A stretch of 35,700 bases of DNA from a virus (IMGVR_UViG_3300037629_000004:1-35700), one strand, 5' to 3'; numbered from the stretch's first letter, positions 1 through 9,381 are shown. Notes: generated by a model not told the origin, from the sequence alone. Program-made: numbers and translations.

Positions 1-127
1 TACTGAGCAATAGCCTGCGCAAGTGATGTGTCGCTTGTCGGCAGGGTCGGGATATTGATTTCTCCAACAAAATATGTACTGTCAATGAATGCCATCTGGT
101 TTACTTTTTACCCTTTTTCGGAGTCGT
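1..127. repeat. Terminal direct repeat (copy 1), probably an assembly overlap
   Basis: Identical to 35574-35700; the length 127 matches a common assembler k-mer; it overlaps a CDS start. Confidence 0.95.
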
Positions 128-262
128 TTTTTTACCCTTTTTCGGAGCTACTTTCTTCACTCTTACTTCAGTACCCTCATAGGGGGTAGCGGAACCCTTT
201 TTGATAAGGATCTCCGCTATCTTCCCATGAAGTATTTTTCCAGTTTTAGTAACTGCTTGCAT
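101..262 (-). CDS. 53-aa Lys-rich small protein, not in the ORF track (MQAVTKTGKILHGKIAEILIKKGSATPYEGTEVRVKKVAPKKGKKTTPKKGKK)
   Basis: Translated by hand; fills the gap between 264..1523 and the adaptor start at 95; PKKGKK occurs twice; typical position after capsid genes. Confidence 0.75.
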   Translation of the reverse strand: MQAVTKTGKILHGKIAEILIKKGSATPYEGTEVRVKKVAPKKGKKTTPKKGKK

Positions 263-263
263 T

Positions 264-1523
264 TTAATACACTCTATAAACTTTGGCTGTTGTGCCAGAG
301 GTAAAGTAAAAACTGAACTTGCCTGTCGTCAGTGTCGCAAGTGTCAGCGTTGCACCTCCTGTGATAATAGCAGGGTTGACAACAGTAATACTCGCATCAA
401 GAGCAAGTGTAACAGTACTGGCTCCTGCAGAGTTGTCAATTATCAGATCGAAGGCCGTCCCCTGGGCGCATCCCGGAATCTGAGCAGCGATAGCCGTTGC
501 CGTTGGTGTCGTCAGAGTAGTTGCCGCTGCTGATGTTGAGGTAATGACCCCTGCGAGCATATTAGCAGCCGAGATATTCCCTGTCGAGTTCATTGCAACT
601 GGCGAATGCACCCTGATTACATTACCGAGAAAGGCTTTCCCTGAAGATGTTATCCCGGTTAACCCGGAAGCCACACCCGCAGCAGTAACACCCCAAACAC
701 TCGTATTGATGGCAGCGGTTCCGCTTCCTCCCCCGATGGTCACAAGTCCTGTTGAAGAACCTGTGTTGACATTAGTAGGTTGGTTGTTGCTTGCGTTTAT
801 ATTCACACCATTACTACCCGACAAAATAGTAGTAGTACTGGTCGAATTGGAACTACCGAGAGCCACTGTTTTAGCTCCTGCCCCGTTGCCAACTGCTATT
901 GACTGCGTTCCCGTTCCTCCCACTGTTACTGTTCCGGTAGTCGTACTGGTCCCGATGTTTACGGCATAGTTAGACCCCGCATTCAGGTTGATGGCAGCTC
1001 CTGTGATCGTTGCTCCCGCTGTTCCTGTAATCAGGGTTGAGCCATAGGGAAAGACATTTGCAGTCTTGACCTCAAGAGAAGTTATTGACACGCATTGTGT
1101 CGCCCCGCTACATACGTAAGCAACCTTCAGATAATTATAGTTTGCAGCCGTTGTATTGGATATTGTCGCAGGGTTGTTGCTCGTTGATGTCCATGTAACA
1201 GGAGTTCCGATTGATGTATAAGAATCACCTGAATTGACTTTCCCGTAGAGGGTAATAGTAACAGAGGGCGATCCTGATTCCGTTGCGAGAGTAGTTGTGA
1301 TACTCTGTGTCTGCAAGTACTTCTGCGGATTCGTAATCACAACATAGTATGTCTCGCTTGTTTTGACAAAATAACCACCACGTCCTGCAATAGAGTCAGC
1401 GGCAGTAAAAACAAACGGCTTTGAGAGCATTGTCAGTCCTTCCCGAATTGATCCCGTTTTATTCTGAGCCATGCTAACCACACTGAGTGCGACTAACATG
1501 AAGAATATAAGTAACTTTTTCAT
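264..1523 (-). CDS. Putative head decoration/fibre protein with N-terminal signal peptide
   Basis: Directly after the capsid gene; MKKLLIFFMLVALSVVSMA|Q leader; Thr/Ser/Gly-rich beta-repeat middle region. Confidence 0.6.
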   Translation of the reverse strand: MKKLLIFFMLVALSVVSMAQNKTGSIREGLTMLSKPFVFTAADSIAGRGGYFVKTSETYYVVITNPQKYLQTQSITTTLATESGSPSVTITLYGKVNSGDSYTSIGTPVTWTSTSNNPATISNTTAANYNYLKVAYVCSGATQCVSITSLEVKTANVFPYGSTLITGTAGATITGAAINLNAGSNYAVNIGTSTTTGTVTVGGTGTQSIAVGNGAGAKTVALGSSNSTSTTTILSGSNGVNINASNNQPTNVNTGSSTGLVTIGGGSGTAAINTSVWGVTAAGVASGLTGITSSGKAFLGNVIRVHSPVAMNSTGNISAANMLAGVITSTSAAATTLTTPTATAIAAQIPGCAQGTAFDLIIDNSAGASTVTLALDASITVVNPAIITGGATLTLATLTTGKFSFYFTSGTTAKVYRVY

Positions 1524-1541
1524 AATCCCGTTACTTTAAGA

Positions 1542-2858
1542 TTATGCTTTTGTTATGTTAGTAACAGCAGTTGAGAGGTCATCACAATATATAACTGCAA
1601 GTGGATCTCTTACGCCAAAGGCAAGACGGACATTGATACGGACTGTTTTAAATCCTTCGGTAAAGTCGTTTCCGTCATAGCCGACTTCAAGAGTCATCTG
1701 CTTGCGGTCTCCTATCTGAAGCATGGCCCTGTCAACTCCGACAACTGTATTAGCACTCATCTTAGCGTTTTCCCTGATCATCAATCCGCATACAGCAACA
1801 GGATTACCGAGAGCATCAAAAGCAACCCTTCTGTCAATCCTTGAGTTGTCGAGCTGGTCTTTCTGAGCTGCTATAATATGAACATCGGTAGGTGACATAA
1901 TCACGTCAGTAAGTTTATAGTTACTTGCTGCTGCCTGAAGTTTCATAGTTGCGATAACATCGATCTCGTTGGCCGCTACAATAGTAGCTGCATAGGTTGT
2001 TGAACCTGTGAAATCGGTATGTTTGGATGCAGCGAAAAGACCTTTTATTGTTGCTGTATCATCACCGGCTGAGCCGAGGATCTGATAGTCAACATTGTCT
2101 TTTATTTTTGAAGGGCCGACAAGTGCAATTTCTTCCATCACTTCAGGAAGATCATCGAGAGACTCATCAGTAACCCTGAATTTGGTTCCGATGGTTGCAC
2201 TTACAAACTCAACAGTCTTGAGCAAGAAGCTCGATATTGTTGCTGTTGAACCCTGAGTCTTGGTTCCTGCTCCATCAGAATAGGAATAGACAACAAGAAG
2301 GCTCATGTATTTCTTGGTAATCCCTTTTACCGGCATCCAGTCAAGAACATGGGAGTAGATTGTCAGGGGAGTTGTTACCCTGTTCGGGTCCAGTTCAGTA
2401 AGACGAACTGTTGCAACGTTACTCTGAACGATGTTTGCCTCGGTCATGTCGGTTTTAATGACCATCTCCGGGGTGTTCTTATTGCCGAGTATGGCAAAGT
2501 AATCTTTCAATGACTGTCTTTTGCCGAGATCATCATTTTTCTCAACGAGCAGCGACGGGACATTCTTTGCTGCTTCCTGAACGGCTGCAACAAGTGCCTC
2601 TTTGAAGGTCATTGGTTTCTGGTCTTTCTTTGCCGGTACTTCTGCCAGTGCTTTGATAGCAGCGGCATTATCAGCGGTTGCCTGGATCACTTTATCAACA
2701 CTCTCTTTGAGTGCTTTGATGTCAGCGTTATCCAGTTTTGCGATACGCTCGTTCAGTTCTTTGATCGTTTTTTCAAGGTCAGCCTTGTTGACATTCTCTT
2801 TCTGAGAGTCAGCGATAAGCCCCTTGATCTCTTTTAACAAAAGTTCTCTTTCTTCCAT
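1542..2858 (-). CDS. Major capsid protein, HK97 fold, with N-terminal coiled-coil delta domain
   Basis: Coiled-coil N-terminus; VTDESLDD motif; C-terminal RLAFGVRDPLAV motif; follows the protease. Confidence 0.9.
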   Translation of the reverse strand: MEERELLLKEIKGLIADSQKENVNKADLEKTIKELNERIAKLDNADIKALKESVDKVIQATADNAAAIKALAEVPAKKDQKPMTFKEALVAAVQEAAKNVPSLLVEKNDDLGKRQSLKDYFAILGNKNTPEMVIKTDMTEANIVQSNVATVRLTELDPNRVTTPLTIYSHVLDWMPVKGITKKYMSLLVVYSYSDGAGTKTQGSTATISSFLLKTVEFVSATIGTKFRVTDESLDDLPEVMEEIALVGPSKIKDNVDYQILGSAGDDTATIKGLFAASKHTDFTGSTTYAATIVAANEIDVIATMKLQAAASNYKLTDVIMSPTDVHIIAAQKDQLDNSRIDRRVAFDALGNPVAVCGLMIRENAKMSANTVVGVDRAMLQIGDRKQMTLEVGYDGNDFTEGFKTVRINVRLAFGVRDPLAVIYCDDLSTAVTNITKA

Positions 2859-2859
2859 T

Positions 2860-3696
2860 TTATTTGTTTTTTAAGTTTTTAATTAGAAAATTGTAATCGA
2901 TTTGCTTCAGAGTGGGACTACCCGGCTCTAAATTATTATCAGTGCCATTGAGCGGCTGATTTTTTGGTTCAAGTGTCGGGGTTGCTGAGTTGCTTCCTCT
3001 CGGAACAGCGGACCCCTCAATACATTTTGCTTCAAGAACGTACCAGAAATAACCTCTCTCGTCTGCCATCTCCGGGTTGACGATCTGAGAATAATACTTC
3101 TGCCATGCCTCAAAGTAATTTGGCATATCTTCATCATTGATAGCCATGTCCATTTTGACATAATACATCCCGACCGAGTGGTTCTTAACCCATTTGTTAG
3201 CATACTGATTAAGCATAAAGGGATTTCGGGACTTCAGTATTTCCGATTCAAAGACCAGTGCTTCTGTCTCTCCTTTGAAATCATAACCAAGTTCCGACCA
3301 TTTAAACCGCTTCGTATATGCCTTGAGTTGTTCTCCGTCAGCAATTATCTTGTCGAACTCCATGTCGTGTTCCTGAAGGTGCATGACGTTTTTATTGTCC
3401 TGAAGCGATTTATTCCACAGCCCGGGAAGATGCAGGTCCTGATGTGCATCGAGAAAGTTTGTTGTGTTGATGATACAAACGACTTTCAGCGATTTGAGAG
3501 ACGTTATATCAATGGGTTGATCTTCTTTAAGTGCCTTGTGTTTGGCATCAAATACTATGGTAGGATTGATGATAACAGGCATATCAACCTCTTTCTTAAC
3601 TGCCTTTTTCTGAGCAATCAACTTATCTTTGTTGTCTGCAAGGAATTTGAATAACTCCTTTTTGGTTGCAAACTCCATATTACCATAATGTATCAT
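2860..3696 (-). CDS. Prohead maturation protease
   Basis: Between portal and capsid; HLQEH, HSVGM and EGSAV motifs of HK97-type proteases. Confidence 0.75.
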   Translation of the reverse strand: MIHYGNMEFATKKELFKFLADNKDKLIAQKKAVKKEVDMPVIINPTIVFDAKHKALKEDQPIDITSLKSLKVVCIINTTNFLDAHQDLHLPGLWNKSLQDNKNVMHLQEHDMEFDKIIADGEQLKAYTKRFKWSELGYDFKGETEALVFESEILKSRNPFMLNQYANKWVKNHSVGMYYVKMDMAINDEDMPNYFEAWQKYYSQIVNPEMADERGYFWYVLEAKCIEGSAVPRGSNSATPTLEPKNQPLNGTDNNLEPGSPTLKQIDYNFLIKNLKNK

Positions 3697-3700
3697 CGCC

Positions 3701-3790
3701 TTATTTTTTAATCAATTTTTTACCATCCATCTTTTTCTGTCTCTCTTCCTTAATCTTCTTTATCTCTTCGGGTGTAAGTTTCTTTTTCAT
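3701..3790 (-). CDS. 29-aa basic peptide (MKKKLTPEEIKKIKEERQKKMDGKKLIKK)
   Basis: ATGA overlap with the portal stop; fills the intergenic gap. Confidence 0.55.
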   Translation of the reverse strand: MKKKLTPEEIKKIKEERQKKMDGKKLIKK

Positions 3791-5142
3791 GCTACAGGAT
3801 TTAAGTTTGTATCAACAGGAGCCGTGCTTGATCCCGGAAGGTTCCTTTCGTACTTGTAAACATCACCTCCAACAACAGGCTCTATATCCAGTAATTCGAG
3901 ATATTCGTTCCATGTTATGATGTTGTTGTTATAGGCTGTTTCGGCTGTCCGGGCATTCATGCTCAGTGCTGTTGCCTTCTCTTTGCGAGCCTCCTGAAGT
4001 GCTTCTATATGCGAGTAATCAGTCTTTAACTCGAAGCCATAATCACGCATCTTGAGCCTCTCAGTCCAGTACTGATCGTCATTTTCAACATCGGGGATGA
4101 CTGTATCCTGATATAGTCGCCTGACTGCCTGAATCTGGTTCTCGTATGTTGCTCCCTCCATGTAAGTCTTGTAAAGCTCCGGGGGGATCTTCAGTCCATT
4201 GGAGATTATCATCGCATTATTTGAGAACTCCTTATAGATACCCAGCTCGTCAGGACTCATCACGGTCTTTTGAAACTCCACATCAGCGTATGTGAATAAT
4301 ATCTGCTGCTGATCTTCCCTGATCCCGTATTTCGTTCTAAAAGTCTTTTCAACATCATCTTTGAGCGGACCCGATAGCATTATCTGTGTTCCTGTTGCAT
4401 CTTTGCTGTTGGTTTTCATTATACCCTGCATTCCCCGGTACTTCAAAAGCACGTTCATTGCCTCAAATGCGAGTTGTGTATTGGTAATCGGATATTTGAG
4501 GTTTTCAATGCGGGAGGAACCGATGATGGAGTTGCCAATATCAGAGGTGTTGATGTCGTTAAAATGAATGATCCTCGATGAATCGAACTCTTTAACGGGG
4601 TTATAGTTGGTCAGGCAGTATTTTTCGATGATCCCTTTTATATCAATCTGGTCATATAATTTGCCCGTTTGCTTTACCTCCACGTATTCAGAGGGCAGGT
4701 TCATCAGTGTTCTTACAGTGAGGATGTCGGTTTCGTAATTATTTAGCGGGTTATTGAGATATACATAGTTATTACCAAAGGTTTTCTTCATGTACTCACG
4801 TTCATAATTGAACTCTTTGGCACTTTGCAAGGGATTGGGACGTAGAACAAAAAGTCTGTAAGCATTCTGCACTGCGGGTCTTTTATCGCTCCATTCAATC
4901 TCTTTGCCGTCCAGGTCGATAAGGTATTTCTTGCCGTTGGCTGCTGCTGAAGCCAGTATGTCAATACAGCCGTATAAAACGGGGTTGTCCGCTACTGCCT
5001 GCCGGTATTGATGAGCATTAGACAGGGCAAGCCAAGCGGGTTTGTCGATAAGATACTGGTAGTTGAATGAGTTGATGGAGTTGCGAGTGATTCCAGATCG
5101 CTTTGAAAACAGGGATAAAGGAAAGAAGTTATTCCAATCCAT
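3787..5142 (-). CDS. Portal protein (HK97 family)
   Basis: RPNPLQS, FGNNY, IIHFND, IPPEL and ATYEN motifs; gene position. Confidence 0.9.
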   Translation of the reverse strand: MDWNNFFPLSLFSKRSGITRNSINSFNYQYLIDKPAWLALSNAHQYRQAVADNPVLYGCIDILASAAANGKKYLIDLDGKEIEWSDKRPAVQNAYRLFVLRPNPLQSAKEFNYEREYMKKTFGNNYVYLNNPLNNYETDILTVRTLMNLPSEYVEVKQTGKLYDQIDIKGIIEKYCLTNYNPVKEFDSSRIIHFNDINTSDIGNSIIGSSRIENLKYPITNTQLAFEAMNVLLKYRGMQGIMKTNSKDATGTQIMLSGPLKDDVEKTFRTKYGIREDQQQILFTYADVEFQKTVMSPDELGIYKEFSNNAMIISNGLKIPPELYKTYMEGATYENQIQAVRRLYQDTVIPDVENDDQYWTERLKMRDYGFELKTDYSHIEALQEARKEKATALSMNARTAETAYNNNIITWNEYLELLDIEPVVGGDVYKYERNLPGSSTAPVDTNLNPVA

Positions 5143-5159
5143 TAAATAAATCTTTCCTG

Positions 5160-5200
5160 CGAAGTTATGCTGAAAAGATGAAATATATCAGGGTGATATA
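5160..5200 (-). promoter_or_regulatory. Putative head-operon promoter: -7 variant TAACTTCG (5167-5160), with palindrome TATATCA-GGG-TGATATA (5184-5200) over the -33 position
   Basis: Perfect palindrome copy in the intergenic region upstream of the portal gene. Confidence 0.7.
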
Positions 5201-5217
5201 TTTATTTTGTGCATGAA

Positions 5218-5391
5218 TTAAACTTTTTCAGGAACCTCAATAACATATACTCCCCTTCTGCCGGGTAACTTTCTTGACCTATGCCCCATCGGAAGTCGTC
5301 CTGATTTACATCTCCGCTTAATAGTCATTGCAGAAACAATTTTGTTTCCAAATTTAAATAACTTGCTATATTCAGTGGGCGTGTAAATCAT
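5218..5391 (-). CDS. 57-aa excisionase/MerR-like HTH protein, not in the ORF track (MIYTPTEYSKLFKFGNKIVSAMTIKRRCKSGRLPMGHRSRKLPGRRGVYVIEVPEKV)
   Basis: ATGA overlap with the upstream stop; the YTPTEY...VSAMTIKRRCKSGRLP pattern resembles HTH_17/Xis. Confidence 0.7.
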   Translation of the reverse strand: MIYTPTEYSKLFKFGNKIVSAMTIKRRCKSGRLPMGHRSRKLPGRRGVYVIEVPEKV

Positions 5392-5852
5392 TTCGTAATG
5401 TAATAAGCGTTTGTGAAAACGTCCAGAACATTATAACTCTTTGAAATCTTATGCCTTGTCTTGAGCCTGTTAACCTCATTGCGGTTAATAACAAGTAGCG
5501 ACTGATCATCGAAATCAATTACATAATGCCTTTTACCTCCACATAGTTTATTTACCCGGCTGATTCGTGACCGCTTATCTGCATACTTAACAGCAAAATA
5601 TCTATACCAGGCTCCCTTAAAAACCCGTGCTTCTGACCTTTGAGTGAGGAAAACAAAATAAAGATTTACGAAGAATTGCAGGAACTTATTTGATGTATGG
5701 CTTATCCGCACAAAGAACCTGCTGATTCTTTTGCTCAGCCTGATAAAGAAAATTACAGACCTGATCCACAGCGGGATCTTTTTGCCTTCCGGTACTTTTG
5801 ACACTTTCTCTTGCAACCAGAGCAGAAACTTTAATCTTAGGGTAGGTTTCAT
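5388..5852 (-). CDS. Hypothetical basic protein
   Basis: 154-aa ORF packed between terL and the HTH gene. Confidence 0.7.
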   Translation of the reverse strand: MKPTLRLKFLLWLQEKVSKVPEGKKIPLWIRSVIFFIRLSKRISRFFVRISHTSNKFLQFFVNLYFVFLTQRSEARVFKGAWYRYFAVKYADKRSRISRVNKLCGGKRHYVIDFDDQSLLVINRNEVNRLKTRHKISKSYNVLDVFTNAYYITK

Positions 5853-5863
5853 TTATTTGGGTT

Positions 5864-7120
5864 TTAGTTATCTTCTTTAAACAATGATTTGTACTTCTCC
5901 AGATAGGCACACATGCCAGACAATGAATCAGGGGCATCGTCATTCTCGACTGACGTACATAACAGACTCGTTAACTGCACTATGAATTTCTTTAAATCTT
6001 CATTTGGATTTTCAGGAAAGTAAAAGAAATGTTTTATCAGTCCTGAATTGGCAAGTATCCTGCCCATCTTATTAGCCTTAGAGAACAATCCGAATATCTC
6101 GACCTGCGGAAGTAATTCTCTCAATCTCCTGCTAAAATATGCCCCGAAGCTATTTGTCTCTATTGCCAGTTCGTTTATATGGCAGGTCTTTACTTTGTTT
6201 TGTACCTGTCCCTCCTGAATCGTCAGGTTATTTTGATCGAATATCGCATCGAATACATAAACCCTGTTCTGGTAAACCCTTGCAATAGGCATAGCAAAGT
6301 TATCTTCCCCTGTATCGGCAGTATCAATATAACCGATAGTAAAATATTCCATGTTCTCAGGAAACTCCCTGTATCTCTTCAGGCTCTTTTCAGGGAATAC
6401 CTGTCCCTCCAACTCCGTAACCCAACCACCGAGAACAATATTATCATACTCTTTCGGATCATCGACCTGCATCCGCTTGTAGTCAGCAAGTATGTTCTTC
6501 GGGATCCTGTTTTGGTCTGCATCCAGGTATGAGGAATGAATATACATGACATTATCTTTAATGCAGTTGTCGCCTCCCTGGAGTCCTTTCTTCTCAAAGA
6601 ACTCCTTGAAGATCCAGTGTTCCTTAGTCGTGGGGTTCAGTATCAGAATCGTCAGATTGCGTTTGTCTGCGGACCTGATAGAATAGAATATTTTCTTGAA
6701 TGTCTTGTAGTCGGGAAGCTCTTCCGCTTCGTCATTGATGAACAAATTAAAGCCGGAGAGTGATTTGAGGTTTGCGGTTTGGCCTTTACTACCTGTCTTG
6801 ATGCCTTTAAACGATATTCTATTGCCCCGGTATTCGACATGCGATGTGGTGTCGATTACTTTTCCCTGTAATCCTAATAACTCAATTTTATCGACTAATT
6901 CAGGCTTTACACTGTCTATAATTGACATATTTGTAAAACGGGTATAAAGCACATTCCAACTATAATTTACCAATCCTGTCAAAGCAAATACAGATACAGT
7001 GTAAGATTTTAATGAGTATCTCCCGCCTGTGATTATTACGGTATCAACTTCGGGATGATATTTATCATCAAATAGATATAATAGAGGATCAAATATTTCT
7101 GATATGGCAACACTGCCCAT
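5864..7120 (-). CDS. terL: Terminase large subunit (PBSX-like)
   Basis: Walker A GGRYSLKS, Walker B LFINDEAEE, coupling motif LNP, nuclease acidic motifs IDTAD and DDAPD. Confidence 0.92.
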   Translation of the reverse strand: MGSVAISEIFDPLLYLFDDKYHPEVDTVIITGGRYSLKSYTVSVFALTGLVNYSWNVLYTRFTNMSIIDSVKPELVDKIELLGLQGKVIDTTSHVEYRGNRISFKGIKTGSKGQTANLKSLSGFNLFINDEAEELPDYKTFKKIFYSIRSADKRNLTILILNPTTKEHWIFKEFFEKKGLQGGDNCIKDNVMYIHSSYLDADQNRIPKNILADYKRMQVDDPKEYDNIVLGGWVTELEGQVFPEKSLKRYREFPENMEYFTIGYIDTADTGEDNFAMPIARVYQNRVYVFDAIFDQNNLTIQEGQVQNKVKTCHINELAIETNSFGAYFSRRLRELLPQVEIFGLFSKANKMGRILANSGLIKHFFYFPENPNEDLKKFIVQLTSLLCTSVENDDAPDSLSGMCAYLEKYKSLFKEDN

Positions 7121-7305
7121 TAGTTTTGGTTTTCCTTTAACTCGCTTGAATGAAATCCGTATTTATGCTCATTGGTGAAGTTTTCAACGTTTTCAAGCAA
7201 TAATGTTATACGCCCAAGAAATGCGTCAAAATCATTATTAGATAGTTTGGCTTTTGCGCTCTCAATAATTACACTAATTGCGTCTATGAATATTTGATCA
7301 TTCAT
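7120..7305 (-). CDS. Hypothetical protein
   Basis: Overlaps both flanking genes (translational coupling). Confidence 0.65.
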   Translation of the reverse strand: MNDQIFIDAISVIIESAKAKLSNNDFDAFLGRITLLLENVENFTNEHKYGFHSSELKENQN

Positions 7306-7696
7306 CTTTATTAAATCTCTTAATGATTATTGTCGGGGTTTCAAATGGCTTATCGCCTGATGTTATGTCAACCTTATCCCCGTATTTCTTAGGATGCAGT
7401 TTTGATAATAACCATTTACGGGAATCAATTCTCAACCTGTCACGCTGAACTTCTGCATTATCTTTTTTACTTCCCTCGTCTGCTATCGTAAGAATTTCCT
7501 CTGCTATTAAATCCGCTCTGTCATCGCACGCGCGCGCGTATTTTTTCACCTTTTCGTCATCCTTCAGTAATTCATAGAACTTTTGAGCAGACATTTTACC
7601 AGCTATTGCTTTTAATAGAGATTTGCCATTAACAGCAATTTCCTTAATGATTTGATCGAACAATATTTCAATATCTTCTTTACTCTTGCGTACCAT
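7298..7696 (-). CDS. terS: Terminase small subunit (Sf6 gp1-like)
   Basis: RLRIDSRKWLLSKLHPKKYGDK motif; upstream of terL; ATG at 7696 preferred over TTG at 7699. Confidence 0.85.
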   Translation of the reverse strand: MVRKSKEDIEILFDQIIKEIAVNGKSLLKAIAGKMSAQKFYELLKDDEKVKKYARACDDRADLIAEEILTIADEGSKKDNAEVQRDRLRIDSRKWLLSKLHPKKYGDKVDITSGDKPFETPTIIIKRFNKDE

Positions 7697-7709
7697 CAAG
7701 TTACTTGTT

Positions 7710-7787
7710 TTATCTTTTATCAGGCCAGAATGCGACTACTGCCAGGATTAAGCAGACAATTCCAAGATATATGATTGCCGATTCCAT
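7710..7787 (-). CDS. 25-aa single-TM microprotein (MESAIIYLGIVCLILAVVAFWPDKR), probably leaderless
   Basis: ATG lies 5 nt from the -7 box, near the predicted transcription start; hydrophobic core with charged tail. Confidence 0.55.
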   Translation of the reverse strand: MESAIIYLGIVCLILAVVAFWPDKR

Positions 7788-7791
7788 AAAG

Positions 7792-7823
7792 CAAAGTTAC
7801 TATATTACCCTGATATACTCAAA
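7792..7823 (-). promoter_or_regulatory. Bacteroidota promoter TTTG-N20-TAACTTTG with operator palindrome 7801-7817 in the spacer; drives the packaging genes
   Basis: Consensus -33 and -7 boxes; TATATTA-CCC-TGATATA on the + strand. Confidence 0.85.
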
Positions 7824-7850
7824 ATAACTTTATTAACAGGGTTATTAACA

Positions 7851-7877
7851 ATAAAAGCCCCCGGTCAGGAGGGCTTT
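7851..7877 (-). terminator. Intrinsic terminator ending the replication/accessory operon
   Basis: AAAGCCC/GGGCTTT stem followed by a U-rich tract on the minus strand. Confidence 0.75.
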
Positions 7878-7938
7878 CCGCTTTAGATCAATAGTTGTTT
7901 TTTCTCATAGGCACTCAGTAACTGGTTAGTAATAAAAG

Positions 7939-8127
7939 TTAGTTATTGTCGATTTCTTCTTCTTTCTTCGCTTCTGAGATTTCCTGAACTGCTCCCCTGG
8001 GGATGGTCATCAACGAATCATCTTCAGGGTTGCGGACAATGATGTTTTTGCTCTGCCTCTTAACAATCTTTAATACCATGTCGTTGGGTAATCCCTCTTT
8101 GTTTATGAATCTTATTCTTTGGAGCAT
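7939..8127 (-). CDS. Hypothetical protein
   Basis: Closely packed ORF. Confidence 0.65.
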   Translation of the reverse strand: MLQRIRFINKEGLPNDMVLKIVKRQSKNIIVRNPEDDSLMTIPRGAVQEISEAKKEEEIDNN

Positions 8128-8129
8128 GG

Positions 8130-8513
8130 TTACTTTTTAAATACAACATATTCCTTCTTAACATCAAAATTCATCTTGCTGATCCCGCTTCTGCGAACAG
8201 GATAACTGCCCGTCAGACTGTGAATAATAAACCTGTCGATCAGATGATGAAAGTCCTCACAACTATACAGGTGCATGAAGCTGACAACAACCTCGGTACT
8301 TTTAAACTCAAAGAACGCCTGCTTTGTCCTAAAATAAGATTCATGGTTTATCCATCCCATGTTTGACATTGCCTCATAAACATCGTATGGCAAACCTATT
8401 TCATGAACGTAGGTCGATGGTCGTATATGACTCCGCTGGATTACCTCGGAAATATAACTGAAGTCCTCCCTACGTTTTGCCGCTTTTACTACCTCCGCTG
8501 TTTGCTCTTTCAT
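8130..8513 (-). CDS. Hypothetical protein
   Basis: Closely packed ORF. Confidence 0.7.
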   Translation of the reverse strand: MKEQTAEVVKAAKRREDFSYISEVIQRSHIRPSTYVHEIGLPYDVYEAMSNMGWINHESYFRTKQAFFEFKSTEVVVSFMHLYSCEDFHHLIDRFIIHSLTGSYPVRRSGISKMNFDVKKEYVVFKK

Positions 8514-8514
8514 C

Positions 8515-8679
8515 TTATCCGTTTATATGCGACATGAACGACAAGTCTGTTTCATCCTGGTCATTGTAATCCTTGAAAGCAATGAATCTCTTTTTGAATC
8601 TTTTCTTTTCAACTCGTGCTTTCATGCGTTTGCTGATCTTCGCCAGTGCTTTTAATTCTTCGGGAGTATTCGGTTTCAT
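8515..8679 (-). CDS. 54-aa basic hypothetical protein (MKPNTPEELKALAKISKRMK...)
   Basis: Translated by hand; fills the gap with 1-nt spacing on both sides. Confidence 0.65.
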   Translation of the reverse strand: MKPNTPEELKALAKISKRMKARVEKKRFKKRFIAFKDYNDQDETDLSFMSHING

Positions 8680-8680
8680 T

Positions 8681-9214
8681 TTATTTGTCTCCTTTCTTAA
8701 TAAGTCCGTCCCTCATTGCCTTTGCACCAATTACCCACCATATTCGCTTATCATCTGCGCCGATAGTTGATTCTTTATAATCACCCTCAGGATTATTGTG
8801 AGTTAGGTAATTAATAATAACCTTTTCTGATTCTTTCTCTATCTCCTCATCCGTCACTTCATCGGGTGCTGGTCTGTCTTTTAGATACTCGTCAATCCAT
8901 TTATCAAAGTTAGGCTTGTCTCCCCCCGTTAATTTTCCTGTAATAGAATCATATTTCCAATCTACTTCGTATTCAATCCCTGCTAACCATGCTTTATGCA
9001 AATCCTCTCTCAGCGAAGATTCTTTGATAAGTTGGAGATACCAGTTAATTCTTTTTAACCAATATGCTTTATTAGCAGGAGAACCTTCTTCAAATTCCCA
9101 GTAATAAGGGTCTCGGTCTGAATCTTTCAACTTAACTAAGTATTTACCTTCTTTCGGCAAGTCCTCTTCTGTGCGGATGTAAACCCGTTTGTAATACAAT
9201 TCTTCGTCTTTCAT
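8681..9214 (-). CDS. Hypothetical phage accessory protein
   Basis: 177-aa ORF; EEDLPKEGKYLV motif common in phage nin-like regions. Confidence 0.7.
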   Translation of the reverse strand: MKDEELYYKRVYIRTEEDLPKEGKYLVKLKDSDRDPYYWEFEEGSPANKAYWLKRINWYLQLIKESSLREDLHKAWLAGIEYEVDWKYDSITGKLTGGDKPNFDKWIDEYLKDRPAPDEVTDEEIEKESEKVIINYLTHNNPEGDYKESTIGADDKRIWWVIGAKAMRDGLIKKGDK

Positions 9215-9381
9215 AATGTAATTGTATAATCAATTATTAATTTACCATTGAAGGTTTCTTTTAAACCATTAGCCTCACGCCAATATAGTAAATGAGTTCG
9301 TTTACCATCCTTGTAGATTACCCTCCAGTAAGGATGGTCCTGAAAATTAGCCCTAAACCAAATTATAATTTTGTCTTTCAT
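9211..9381 (-). CDS. 56-aa hypothetical protein (MKDKIIIWFRANFQDHPYWRV...)
   Basis: Translated by hand; ATGA overlap with the next gene. Confidence 0.6.
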   Translation of the reverse strand: MKDKIIIWFRANFQDHPYWRVIYKDGKRTHLLYWREANGLKETFNGKLIIDYTITL

